From: Lama glama | Taxonomy: Eukaryota | Assembly: GCA_028534125.1 (NCBI GenBank) | Contig: CM052816.1 | Coordinates: forward strand, 87,918,001-87,982,000 | Length of the DNA stretch: 64,000 nt | Reading direction: 5' to 3' | Shown: piece after piece, positions 1 to 12,420 of the stretch | Numbering within the stretch: the stretch's first letter is position 1 | Layout: each line of letters starts with the position of its first letter | Program-made: the position numbers and the translations under genes | The notes under the pieces: model-generated | What the model was told of the DNA's origin: nothing | Databases searched by the model: none | The model's input: the letters and a program-made list of their open reading frames with translations, nothing else

Positions 1-1322
1 GCCGCCAGCCCTTTTCACGTACCCACTCCTTTCTAGGTCTTTCTTAGTCCAGGTTTTGCAGACTCATGTGTTGTGTACCTCTCGTGATTAAGGAGCCACA
101 CACCTGTGACGTAAAGCCTCTTACTTGTCTTTTATGTGTCGGTTGTAGTAATATTCCGTCCAAGAAATTTCGTGATTCTGCTTTGAGTAGAAGCAGAATG
201 TTTTGCTTCCCAAAGCAGTTCATTCCATCTTTGGAGGAGCCCAACTGGGAATACGTGTGTGTATTTTAAGCAGAATTCTGTACTCCTAGGTAAATTCAGC
301 ATGTGTATCTTAGAACTATGTAAATCAAACTTTAAATTTTAGACTACATTCAGTTGGTTCTGAAAAGTGGGTACCAGTCAATAAGCAAGGTAAGATTCTC
401 TTCCACATGAAACCCATTCGCTTATCAACAGCACCCAGACCTCGCATCTTCTGTGCGTCAGTGCTCCCTGCCCGACCAGTGTCTAGGCTCGTGTGCTTCT
501 CCAGTGTTCTCTTTAGGACACCCTGCAGCATGTGGTCCTTGAGAGACCATTCACTCTCTTTCCTCGGGTCCATACCAAATACGGAAGTCAGACTATATCT
601 TCCTGTATGCGTGCGTTACCAAAAACAATAAAACTGGACAGGGTTGGTAAGGAGGGTGACCCTGCTAGCATTGCACTCACTGAAATATTTCATAAGGCTT
701 GGCGTTGCAAGAGGAAATTCTAGAGTTAAAAGCATTTTTGTCCACAGGGAGCCATTACCCCTGAAAGTAAAAGACACCTTCAAAAGTCAGCCTCGAGTTT
801 TGTGTGTAAACTGCTTGCTAGATAAAGAAGGGTTGTTGAAGTGAAGTGGTGACAAAAAGTAGGCTTTCCATAGGTCCTGGAGCCACTTAGCTCAGTCTGA
901 CAAGAGCATAGCAGCACATACAGATGGAACAAGCTTAGCATTTAGGTTGCTAGATAGAATTTAAATGGCAGAAACAGTTCGGTAGGCATTATGCTCTTTT
1001 GGCATTAGTTATGATTCTGACATAAAAATAAAAATATTGAAGAATGTCAGAAACGCCTGTTTTCAGCCTTTTCTACTAGGTCAATTGTCAGATAACACAA
1101 CTGTCATCTCTCCATCATGTTCGTAAAAGATGATCACTTGGTGTGTAAGATGAATTTGAAGCCTACTTTCAACATTGTTAAGGACTATATAAAATTAAAG
1201 TACAATGAGAAGAATTAAAGTGTAATAACGTTATTCACTTAGCCAACATTATGAGCCCTTTTTTGGGGGGAGATTGCGAAGGGGTAAATGTACATATATA
1301 CACATATATTCTCTCTTTCCAT

Positions 1323-1342
1323 ACACACACACACACACACAC
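1323..1342. repeat. (AC)n microsatellite
   Basis: About 10 consecutive AC units seen directly. Confidence 0.95.
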
Positions 1343-1492
1343 TATTTCCACAGGACTTTTGTTACATAGTATGCAAAGCAAGATGTAGCATGTTTTCATG
1401 TTTTTTTTAAAATTCCATCTAGAGTTACATCTTTTGATCATCATGGATGTGTATTTCTTTTGTATTATTACTAACAGATTAGCACTTAGAAA

Positions 1493-1530
1493 TGTGTTTG
1501 TGTGTGTATGTGTGTGAGAGAGAGAGAGAG
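1493..1530. repeat. Compound (TG)n(AG)n microsatellite
   Basis: Imperfect TG run followed by an AG run. Confidence 0.9.
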
Positions 1531-1959
1531 ATCCCACAGGAAAAAGAGCCAGCATTGTATCCCAAGGCTTATTATATTCCCTCATGTTGAGCTAAATTCA
1601 GGAGCAAGAAAGGAAATAAACTGGGAAACATGCTCTGTTGTGCAGAGCTTTATGGAAGGAGAGAGATCCTCCCAAGAGACAAATATGTTGACAGTAGACT
1701 AAGAGTCAGAGGGCTCTTTGCTTCTTAATGTTTAGAATGTATAGAACATACATTTTATCCTGCCTCATTGGTTGTTTTGATAATTAAATGAGACAAAGTG
1801 TGACAAAGCACCCATCGTGGTGCTCAAAGGAAAAATAATAACTGTTTTCCTTGCCTTTCCCAAGCTTGGTGGGTCACCGGGAAGCCCGCCCAGGACCGCA
1901 AAGTCCATCTGAGCGGGGTGGGGATGTCATAATGATTAAAAGAGAGGGGTTTTCATTTC

Positions 1960-2178
1960 AACAGATTGAAATTGTAATCTGACTCCATGACTTCCTACCT
2001 GTGTGATTTAGGGAATTTTCTTTACTTTTTAAGGGCCCCGGTGTCCTTCTCAAATAAAATACAGATAATATCCGTGACCTGGGAGGTTGCTGCATAGTGA
2101 GACGCCATAATACACGTGCTCAGCAAGGTGTCTGACTTGCAGCCAGCACCCCGCCGCCCTGGGGGTCAGCATTATTAC
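1960..2178 (+). mobile_element. MIR SINE (degenerate)
   Basis: MIR-core-like: aatctgactccatgacttcctacctgtgtgatttaggg...aaataaaatacagataata...gaggttgctgc...gtgctcagcaaggtgtctgac...cattatta. Confidence 0.7.
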
Positions 2179-3104
2179 CCTGACAGGTGGCCCAGGTCCC
2201 CGCGGCTCACTGGCGATCCCCACGCATGATTTCAGCCTTTCCAGGTTTTAGAGTCATCAGGGACCCAGCTACAACCTTGAGCCCTGGGGTCTCTAATAAT
2301 TTCAAGCTAAGAAAGCCACTGTTTACACAGAGGATGGAAAATTAACTTTTATTGAGACCTAAGGCAACTCGAAAATCTAAGCCTGGGATGCAAAAATAGG
2401 ATATTATTTTCATCAGCTCCCGCCTTTGTGACGGCTCAGGACCCACTGCTTTGACTGCTGCACCTGAGCCACTCAGGGTCTCCCGGGCTGTTTGTGAACG
2501 CTCCCGAGGTGCTTGCCTTTCTCTGAGAAACAAGATTCTCCCGCTTCCCTCTCTGACCTCCTGCCTTCCACCGGGGATCCCCCCTGCTAATGTCTCTTGT
2601 GAGATCGCAGCTCCTCTGGGCAGCTCTGTCCTCTGTCCGGGTCTAGAAAACACCGTCCTTCCCTTCATCACTTTGTACTTAACAACTTGAGTTTGGGCTT
2701 TTCATTGAGGCCACACAGCACATGCAGACCAAGTGGCAAGGGTTTTTTTGTCCCCACCCCCACCCCCAAAGTAGAGAAACAATGGAAGGGAGCAGGATGC
2801 AGAAGATGTAAACCAGGTGCCAAGCAAGGTGTCAACTCTGAAGCCCTCAGGCCTGGTGCCTGAATGTTTCGTCTCTGTGAAGCCTCACTTACCGTCAGCC
2901 AGGGCTCAGCTGTCTGCTCCCAGCCGGACTGCATGCCACTAGGTTCTCCCACACAGAGGCCAGGACTCAGCTCCAGGGAGGCCTCAGAGGCAGAACTCCA
3001 GACTCCATCCTAGTCTTTCATTCTGGAACCCGCATTTTCATTTCCAGATTGTAACTCTTGTGAAGATGTCCACTCATTTCAATTAAAAAAAAAAATTCCT
3101 TCTT

Positions 3105-3347
3105 ACTTGTGGTTACCAGGGGTGGGTAGAGGGTGGGAAGGGATAGACTGGGATTTCAAAATTGTAGAATAGATAAACAAGATTACACTGTATAGCACAG
3201 GGAAATATACACAAAATGTTATGATAAATCACAGAGGAAAAAAATGTGACAATGAGTGTGTATATGTCCATGAATGACTGAAAAATTGTGCTGAACACTG
3301 GAATTTGACACAACACTTTAAAATGATTATAAATCAAAAAAAATGTT
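3105..3347 (+). mobile_element. Young 5'-truncated LINE-1 3' end (cetartiodactyl/camelid type) with 16-bp TSD
   Basis: acttgtggttaccagggg...ctgtatagcacagggaaatatac...gacacaacactttaaaatgattataaatcaaaaaaa. Exact direct repeat aaaaaaattccttctt at 3089-3104 and 3348-3363, preceded by TT (TT/AAAA endonuclease site). Confidence 0.9.
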
Positions 3348-4429
3348 AAAAAAATTCCTTCTTTACTTCCACCCACTGAGCTATTTTAAATAGAAAAGTT
3401 AGAAGAAAATAATCCTACATTAATTCAATCTGTATCAGTCATTCTTAAATGACACCTTGTTCAGGCTGTTGAACCGGGCCAGTCCAGTTCTTACTCATTC
3501 TCTTCCGCAGTGAAAGTATTCAGTGGTCTGCTGGTCCATTCAGCACTCTTCTTGGATATTTGCTCCTGGTAACCAGCTATATGAACAATCTTACAAACAT
3601 GGATCTCCTCAAGAATGCGCCTAATAAATTTGGCAGCTTAGATAAATCTGTGCACATACAAAAAAACCTCCAAAGAAGCAACGACCTGAAAAAAAACTTA
3701 GCTCGAATCCCTAATGAAAACAGAACAATTAGCTTCTTATTCTACGATGTGCACGTTCAAGAAATGGGTTGACACTCAGACAGAGTGGAACCCTACCTCC
3801 AACGTCTCTCATGAATCCCCATGTAATCCTCATTGCCTAGCAAAGTGACCAGCACAAAGAAGAAATAAAAACATGTATGTTGTGGAAAGCACCGAGGAAA
3901 TGGGAGTTTATCCATCATCTAACATTTACAGCTTCAAAAACATCACTTTGGAATCTAGTTTCAACTAAGTCACCCCATTACAGTTTTTATGTCTTGGTTA
4001 GAATTCTGAATGTGTTTTCTCATAGAAACATTAAGCCCAAATTTGGGCAGTTATAAGACCTTTAATTCACATCAGATTTAACATGCATAAAAATCGGTAG
4101 GAACATTTGTTGTTCAAAACAAACAAAAGACTTATATTCAAGACTCTAATATAAGTCACATAAGAAAAAATATATTTGGTATACTTACCATTTTCCCCAG
4201 CATGAGTTTTTAAAACCTGAACATCCCCTAAACTGTGTGAATTTCCCCCCCACCCCTCCTTCCTTCTCCATGGTTCTCAGTTTTACCTTAATTGTGTAAC
4301 TGCATCTGCATATTTGCTGTATTTCTCTTGAATCCAGGCCCTCATGCTTGCCGAGACTCAGCCTCCTCTTCAGTATCCTGTCCTCCATTCTCTTTTCTTT
4401 CACGCCAGTCTCCCCAACTGTGATCAGTG

Positions 4430-5530
4430 TAAGTTAAAAAGGTAACCTTTCCACTCTCCTACCTAAAGTCTCCACTGGCTCTCTGTTATCCGCAAAATCA
4501 GCTTTAGTCTTTCAGACAAGGTTATGAGAACACACCCTCAACCTCTCTCACCCCCCACCCCCTTATCTCTTACCAGTTCTTTTGCTGTGCATTAGCCTTG
4601 AGTCATCGTAAACAACTTGCAGTAACATGAATAAGCATACACACTCTTGCCCACGCGCGCACACACACACACATCCCTAATGATATTTCGGCCCTTGTGC
4701 GGTTTGTCCTTGCGGTCCACAGTGCTTACAATGTGTCTGCACTTCTCCACCATGTCCATATACTCCTCCATAACTTTCTGGCTGATTCCTATTCTCTCTT
4801 CCAAACTCGAAACTGGCATTACTTTCACCAGAAGGTTCTCTTTGCTCTCCAGCTGTCAACCTGATAAGATTATCCACAGGATACCACAGAGATAGTGTGG
4901 GTTTGGTCCTAGACCACTGCAACAAAGTAAATATCCCAATAAAGTGAGTCACATGACCTTTTTGGTTTCCCAGCCTTGTAAAACTTATGTTCAGACTATT
5001 CTGCAGTCTGTTAAGTGTGCAATAGCATTACATCTAGAAAGCAATGTACATACCTTAATTTAAAACTACTTTATTGCTTAAAAAAGTGCTAACCATTATC
5101 TGAGCCTTCAGAGAATCCTAATCTTTTTACAATATTAATATCAAAGATCACTGATAGCCAATCAACCTAACAGATATTATAATAATAACAACAAAGTTTG
5201 AAATACTGCAAGAATTACTGAAATGTGACACGAAGACACGAAGTGAGCAAATGTTGTTGGAAAAGTGATTCTGATAGACTTGCTAGACACAAATCCTCAA
5301 TTTGTAAAAAAAACAAAACAAAGCAAAAAACCTCAATTGTCTGTGAAGCACAATAAAGGGAGGTATGCCTGTGTTTCACTACGTTTGTCACAGTGTTTCC
5401 TAATTTTCTCTTTACAGATTTGTGTTACCTGATAAGTGACAAACTCTCTGCAGCCCAGACTATATCTGAATTTTGTTTATAACCTCAGTACCTATACTGT
5501 GTCTGTCATGTGTTAATACTTGAGTACTAA
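4430..5530 (+). mobile_element. L2 LINE 3' fragment, interrupted by a Tigger element
   Basis: Pyrimidine-rich L2-like sequence on both sides of the Tigger, ending in a degenerate L2 3' tail (aacctcagtacctatactgtgtctgtcatgtgttaatacttgag). Confidence 0.55.
4877..5371. mobile_element. Internally deleted Tigger1-family (TcMar) DNA transposon, ~495 bp (Tigger1a-like)
   Basis: Terminal inverted repeats cagg-ataccac (4877) and gaggtatgcctg (5360-5371). Both Tigger1 end sequences are present (gaccactgcaacaaagtaaatatcccaataaagtgagtcac; gaattactgaaatgtgacacgaagacacgaagtgagca), with no transposase core. Confidence 0.9.
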
Positions 5531-5739
5531 CTTTGTGATACATAAGTCCATATATGAAAGAATATAAACTTTAAAGACTATTAACTTCTGAGACCTCTCT
5601 CATCCTTAGTTGCTAATCACACATTTTGGCCCCCCTTTTTTTTTTTGATATATTACCATCTTATGATTCACTGATTTAATAATGGAGTGTTTCTGTTGTG
5701 TGGGAATCTGGGCCAGATCCAGTGTAAATATAAGCTAAA

Positions 5740-6420
5740 TTGATCACCAAGAAAACATACAGACACAAGTGTGGAAGGTGCCCTAAAAGAAATGTTCATG
5801 GCGCTATTAGATTGTGGGAAGTGAGGCCCGGCTTGGTTTAGAGAGCTGAAATATGCCTTCTTGGAAGAAATGATATTTGAACAGAGATACGAGGATGTGC
5901 AGTTGACTAGATGGAGAGGAAGGCGGACTGTGCCAGGCTAATGGAAGAGTTCATGTAGTGGCAGGTGGGATGCTGATGTACTCAGAGGATTCAGGGAAAC
6001 CAGGATGGTCCAAACAGAGACGGAGGCGCGCAGCCCTAGGAACGAAGGCTGGAGAATTTTGGAGAATGAGGTTTGGAAATGGGGCAAAGGGGGAAGGCAA
6101 ATTATTATTATTTAAGAAATATTATCAGGAGTTTCCTACATTGTGGTAGTGGAGAGAAATGGGTGGATTTAAGAAATATTTGGAAAGAAAAATCAATGTT
6201 ATTTGATGATGGGTTGAAATGTGATGCTTGTGGGAAGAAGAAGCGAGAGGAGAAATAAGACTGATTTTCAGAGCTGGTGGGATCTTTCACTGAGATAGGG
6301 ATGGATCAGGATGGACCAGCTTCCACGACGGATCAGCAGGGAAGAGAGATCTGATAGATCTGCTTTGGGCTGTTGATTTCACATGACTTTTAGCACCAGA
6401 GTTCGACCATGTGACATTCT
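5740..6420 (-). mobile_element. L2 LINE fragment
   Basis: Purine-rich antisense L2 signature: ggtagtggagagaaatgggtggatttaagaaatatttggaaag...atttgatgatgggttgaaatgtg...tttcactgagataggg. Confidence 0.7.
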
Positions 6421-6965
6421 GGAAATCACAGATATGGACCAATTGTGGAGAAAGAAGAGAGAAGGAACTTACGGCCAAATCATAAAAAATTGTAACACTT
6501 GTAGATCTCTGCAGACAAGAGAGAAGGGTCATCCTCTATTTGTTTTTGTGTATCAGTTTTTATTATACAGTAAACTTTGTGAGAAAGGGAAAAAAAATTA
6601 CTCTTTTTAAGTGTGGTCATACAGCACCAAGACAATGCAGCAGCCAAAGTGGGATCCTTAAAAAAAATGTATGAATCGAATTGAAATAGGTACTCATCAT
6701 CCAACAAATGACTGTAAAATCTACTTGAAAAATGAAAATTATGTATCTTTACATAGTGTCATCTTTTTAAAGAATGCATTCATTCTGAAAGAGAAGTGAG
6801 AGATATATATAGTAATGCTTTGCTTTTAACATCAATGATCTCAGTTTGAATTAAGCATAGACCAGTGGTCATCACCCAGGACAGATCATGATGACTCACT
6901 ATGAGGATTAATTACAAAAGTAATCATATCCGTTATCTAATTATTCAAATCTTAATTATGACTCC

Positions 6966-7090
6966 GCTGGCCCAATTAGTCAGAGCACAAGGCTAATGTT
7001 AGAGACGGGTGGATACTCAGCATCTGTGCCTAAGTGAGAGGCATCTGTTGCCAAGAGGTGAAGTGATGGAAAGTGTCAACTCACCAGCTG
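6966..7090 (+). mobile_element. Possible ancient tRNA-derived SINE relic (MamSINE1-like)
   Basis: 6968-6997 (tggcccaattagtcagagcacaaggctaat) aligns 20/30, with nearly all differences transitions, to the 5' half of tRNA-Ile(AAT) (tagctcagttggttagagcgtggtgctaat). No intact B-box or cloverleaf. Confidence 0.4.
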
Positions 7091-7278
7091 CGAAGTAAAT
7101 GAGTCTCTGGAAAGCACACAGGAGCCAGGGCAGTGATTCAGCCCAGGGGGCCAGGGGAGATTAGCAGAGGATGCAGAGGATCCTCCATGCAGAGGATAAG
7201 ACATTTCTTCTCCCCTGGATGGACCACGGATTGCAAAACATTGCTTAGCACACTACTGGATGCTACCGTTAAAAACAG

Positions 7279-7320
7279 AACAACAACAACAACACAACAA
7301 CAACAACAACAACAACAAAA
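7279..7320. repeat. (AAC)n microsatellite
   Basis: About 12 AAC units with one interruption. It explains the poly-T/Q and poly-C/V stretches in the overlapping ORF calls. Confidence 0.95.
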
Positions 7321-9864
7321 TATGTATATAAAGCTTATCTTTTGCAAGTTGTCTAGAGCCATGAAAAGAAATGAGCCAGCAACACATTTTACACATGTAA
7401 ACATGTTTTTGTAAATTCATTAGAATCCTTCATGGCTTCTAACAGTTACTTGATCCATGCAATGTCTAATAAAGGAAATAGAATTCTATGAATGAAATAT
7501 CTATGTATTATAAGTATAAATAATAAAATAATAGATTCCCTGATTGGTGCCATTGATTTTGATTAAATAACATCTAATATATTGTATCTCAGCATCTGAT
7601 ATATTTCTGTGCTATTATGGATTTTGATCATACTATCTAGGAAGGAATCTATTAATAATGCTATTGATTTTATCTATATTTATTATTAATATTTATCAAC
7701 CTTTCATGTTGGTATAAAATCTTTATTGAACTATAATCAGTTGTTAGTGAAAGGGAAACAGTGTGTATAAAGGATGACACAGCTGATTAGAGCTTGAAAT
7801 ACATCAACTTTTGGCCTGGCTATGGGTTCGCTTCCACTGTCCTCAGTGTCATAGGCTCAAGTTTCTTTTAATTCGCATTTTGCAATGTGCGAATGAAAGA
7901 GTGTTTGCACTTACTGAAGTCAGAAAATGTTAATTTACGTGAAATGTATATACATTTTGCTTCTGAGTGTAATAGAAACGACTTCAACCTTTCACACTGG
8001 TTTCACAGAAGAAAATTACATTTCAACAAAATTAAAAGAGTTTGGGGAGCTTTTTCAGCATTGTATCTCCATGCTCCCTTGTTATTGAATCACAATAAGA
8101 AATCCTGTTAGTTCTCTGCTACTGAGCAAATTGCTTTCCACAATTATGGTTTATGTTTTAATGGGGATAGCTTCACATTAGCAGAATTATTCCAAACCAG
8201 CATTGCCTCTTGATGCTGCACGGAACAGCACCCTGCCTATTTTACAAAATCCATGTCTCCCGTGTTGCCTCTAAGAAAAATATATAAATAAAGGCTTGCC
8301 AGTCTTGCTTCTGAGAGAGTTTTAATTGTGGATAATGAAACATCCCTGGCTCCAAGATGAGAGTATGATGGCCACCGAGCTCTTTAAAATGCTAATAGGC
8401 AAAAGACATTTACTGAAGTTTTGTGAGATCATGCAGCATAGTAACAGTGTAGGTAAGTGACAATTTGTCAAATTTAGCTGCAATGATCAGAACTGCTTTC
8501 CCTCTTTATACTTCTGAAGCCGACTTGAATGAACGATGTAGGATGATGTGAAGTGGGCACCTTCAACACTAAGCATCCTGCCCTTTCAGCGACAGGCCAT
8601 CTGCCTGCTACTCATTAAAAGAGGGGAAATGACCAGGAAGAAGCAGAACTGTTAATTTCAGGGGATTTCATGTTTCTCGGCCTCACTTCCTCTCCCCATT
8701 TCGTTGTATTTCCCCCCCCCCAGAATACTTCTCCCACTGTAAATCACAGAGACAACGTGAACAGCACATGGATGCTTTAACTAAGCAACTTACCAATTCA
8801 AGTGGGTTGCCTGAGCAGTAAGACATGAACTCAGAAGTGATAAAGCACGGCTCTGTTTCAGTAAAATGGAATAAGAAATCACTTTGACAGAGCCTAGATT
8901 CTGGTCCGGGTTGCTAAATGTGTTTTTTTTTTCCCCCTCTTTTTTTTCTTTTCCCTCTTTCAAGGTCGATGTTCTTTATTTTATGTGGAGTATATCTTAT
9001 GTGACAGCACAGGAAGAAATGTTAGCAGCCCAGGTTAATGCATTTGGGGTCAAATGGGCTTCAAAGTGAAGGGAATCAGCCCTCTTGAGATACTCAGCTA
9101 ACATTTACAAGTTTAAAAGGAATCTTGACTAAATGGCCACTGTTATGGTGAATGCCAAGAGCTAGGAGAGGCATGAAAGGAAAACGTTCAGTTGCTTATT
9201 AAACGTAGGGAACCTCTTCAGGTTCCTTTGCCTGGGATTCTGCACAAAGGCGTGGTTTAGAATGATTTCCTGTTGCAGACACTTTCACTTCAGGGACTTA
9301 TAAGTGGGACATTTTCATTTCTGAGTTGAAAGTGTTGGTCTCTGGGATTAGAGATGACAAGGGTCTTTCCCCACCTTCAACACCTGCCAGTAACTTAAGC
9401 ACCATCTGCCAAGATGCCAGGAACTGATCCATTGCTCCTAGGGGACTTCACCTGTGTGTGTATGTGAGCGTTTGTACAAGAGCAATCAGTCACAAACTAC
9501 ATGCACTTATTAGCAGCATCATTAATTTATGAAAAGAAGACCTAAAAAAGGAAATATTGAGCTAGCAACTGAAAACCAATATCAGATCCTAATGATTCAT
9601 TTGTATAATTTCCTCTTTTTTATTATGAAATCCTTAATCTGAATATCTATTTTGTTTTATAAATGTATATTTAAAATAAATTAAATTATTCAGAAACACA
9701 AACTTGGAGTTTAACAGCATTCTTTTCTTCAAGAAAATAACCAGTTGGGTATTTTTCATTAATACTTCTTATATTATTAAATACTTTTCCTAAGGTACTT
9801 TTATTTCTATACTCCAAACTGAAGTATAGATATTCAAGTTTCTATCAACTACATCATTAAACAC

Positions 9865-10108
9865 TTTTTTGTAATTGACTTTTTAATTTAAGTATATTTG
9901 ACTTACAATATTAGTTACACACATAGTGATTGAATACTTTTATACACGATACTTCATATACAGTTATTATAAAATATGGGTGATATTCCCTGTGCTATAC
10001 ATTACATTCTTGTAGCTAATTTATTTTAAACCTAATAGTTTGCATCTCTTAATCCCCTTCACCTATCTTACTCCTCTCTCCACCTTTCTCCCCACTGATA
10101 ACCACTAT
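9865..10108 (-). mobile_element. LINE-1 3' end (older cetartiodactyl/L1MA-type)
   Basis: ttttaatttaagtatatttgacttacaatattag...tattccctgtgctatac...catctcttaatccccttcacctat...ccactgataaccacta. Confidence 0.85.
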
Positions 10109-10278
10109 GTTGTTCTTGTGGTTGTTTTAATTGAAGTACAGTCAGTTACAATGTGTCAATTTCTGGTGTACAGCACAATATCCCAGTCATGCATACACAT
10201 ACATATTTTTGTTTTCACATTCTTTTTGATTAAAAGTTATTACAAGATATTGAACATATTTCCCTGTGCTATACAGAA
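10109..10278 (-). mobile_element. Second, younger-type LINE-1 3' end, in tandem with the previous one
   Basis: ttttaattgaagtacagtcagttacaatgtgtcaatttctggtgtacagcacaat...tccctgtgctatacagaa; same family as 3105-3347 and 27279-27530. Confidence 0.85.
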
Positions 10279-12159
10279 TGAATCATTAAACATTACTGTG
10301 TTACTTCCAAGTGTCTCATGGAGGTTTATAAAAAGCTATAGATTGTGTCCACAGAATGAGTGCTGTACCCCTCACATGACTGTAAAAAAATATATGAATA
10401 GATTTTCATTTTCTTTACCTACAAACATTCAGTGAGGTTTCGCTGTATGTTAAGAGATTGACTTTTCTCTATGAAATCAAATCAAAAGGAAGTGGACAAG
10501 TAACTTGACATTATTAAAATTCATATTAGAGTTTTTACTGAATGACAGTAGTTTTTGTCTTTAAAAAAGTTTCCCATATATGCGTGTTTTAAATTGACTT
10601 TGAAAGAGGCAGTATTACTTTTGCCTAAACTTTATGCTCCATATATAAGAAGGCAGGACAAAATTAAGATACCTAATAATGTTAGGTACTTAATTCTACC
10701 AGAGAGATTTCACTCAAGGGCACCTAAGGAGAGAAGGTTCCCAGAAGGGGCTGCCGAGATGAACTTCTATCAGGTGCACTTAGAACAAAATGAAAGCCTC
10801 AAGTGTGTTTCTCCAAAACTTCCTGGGATTGTGAATGTGTTCAGTTTCACTAGGCTCTCCTATTCATTGCTATAAGTCCCTCAACATTATTTTGTACTAG
10901 TCTTAGTGAAAGTCACAGAGCATTTTCTTCCATTTGTGAGTCTTGGAATACACAAACAGTTACATATAGAGGAAAATCTCTTCTGTGGAATAAATGCAAA
11001 TGGAACTGATCCCTCAGCGCCGCCTTCATTTCATGTTACAGTGATAGATTATCAGTAAAACTCCTACTGCAATGTAAAATAAAATGGCTTGCTACATTGT
11101 CACATATTTTTCCCCATACAGCATCTTCATTTACCTTATGAGAAATAAGCACCAGTTTTCTCTCCCTTGTATCCCTAAATATGCTTGAGACAAGGAATGG
11201 TAAATAACATCATCTACGCTACTTGAAAAGAGACATACTGCAAATGTCAAGGTAAAGTTCCTTTTGATTCTCTAGTATACAGCAATTTATTCCAAACAAT
11301 TTCGAATTCACGTTGCATGCCAATAGCTCATGTGGGCCATTTCTGCAAGAAGCAGTTTGGTGAGAAGCCTTGATATATGCATCAAAGAGAAGGAGGATTC
11401 TGTTTTTGTTTTTATTTTTTTTTTAAGATGAGCAAATGGAATAGCTTATTTGCAAGGAAGTGGAGGGAGGAAAAAGATCTATAAACATCTCGAGATAAAC
11501 TGAATCCTGCCAGAATAAATAAACAATCGAAAAACATTTCTTGAATGCTATGTACTAGATACTGTTCTAATGAAACTAGACTTTAAGGAAAAACTTGAAT
11601 TGGCTTCGTTGTCTCCATGGAAAATGACAAACGGTGGGCTACTGATTGGGAACATGACATTCACGGCAGAGTGATGAGCATGGCTAGCTCACACCTTGAC
11701 TCTGTCTGTCTCTGATCTGTGAAGCCAGGATGGGAGTTCCACGTGAGAAGGGGGCAGTGTTCAAGAAGGCTCTTTTTCCCTCTTTTCCAGTCAGTGTTCT
11801 CTTTTTGGTTTAGAATTTGCTGCGTTCATTTTTGCATATTAAAAGCACTTGCTCTTTATTTGATTTGGGTCACTAGTTGTGCAATTACTAGGAATGGAAA
11901 TTTTAGACCCAGAGAAAATGTCTTGCAAAGCTGTTGAGGAATGAATGAAGGAGGAGCTCCAGGCAAGGGGCATTTATGGCTCTGAAATCATATTCTGCCT
12001 TAACCGTGAGCCCAGTGGAAAGTGGACATTGTAACTTTTTTATTAGTGATAATTAAATGACATGTATTTTTAGAAATGAAAAACTATGCTGAGTTTCAAA
12101 AAGAGAGGATCGGTTTTATCAATCCATCTCATCATTTCCTTTCAATTTAGGACTCTATC

Positions 12160-12420
12160 AAGAATAAGAATGATTTTATCAGCTCTTAGGAATGCATTAC
12201 ATACTAAACATTTTAGGGATGTTGTCTTATTTAATCCTCCCTGCAATCTTAAGAGTAGGCATTATTGCCCATTCTATAAAAGGGAAAAAAATTAAGTTCG
12301 GAGGCATTTAGAGACTTGCCTAAAATCCAACCCTTAGTGATTCACAGAACTAGAAAGTCAGGCTCAGTTCTCTCTAATTCTAAACTTCGTGGTTTTTAAA
12401 TCACTAAGCTATTTCTACTT
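12160..12420 (-). mobile_element. MIR SINE
   Basis: gtcttatttaatcctccctgcaatcttaagagtaggcattattgcccattctataaaagggaaaaaaattaagttcggaggc...gacttgcctaaa. Confidence 0.8.

Noticed and set aside
882..912. tRNA-like A-box gccacttagctcagtctgacaagagcat
   Set aside because: Only the 5' part resembles a tRNA; no B-box, T-arm or acceptor-stem partner follows.
7133..7414. Poly-Thr/Gln and poly-Cys/Val ORFs
   Set aside because: These are translations of the (AAC)n microsatellite.
8213..8232. REST/NRSE-like word tgctgcacggaacagcacc
   Set aside because: The left half and the spacing deviate too much from TTCAGCACCACGGACAGCGCC.
11487..11500. 14-mer atctcgagataaac repeated at 47921-47934
   Set aside because: Several exact 14-mer pairs are expected by chance in 64 kb, and the flanks do not extend the match.
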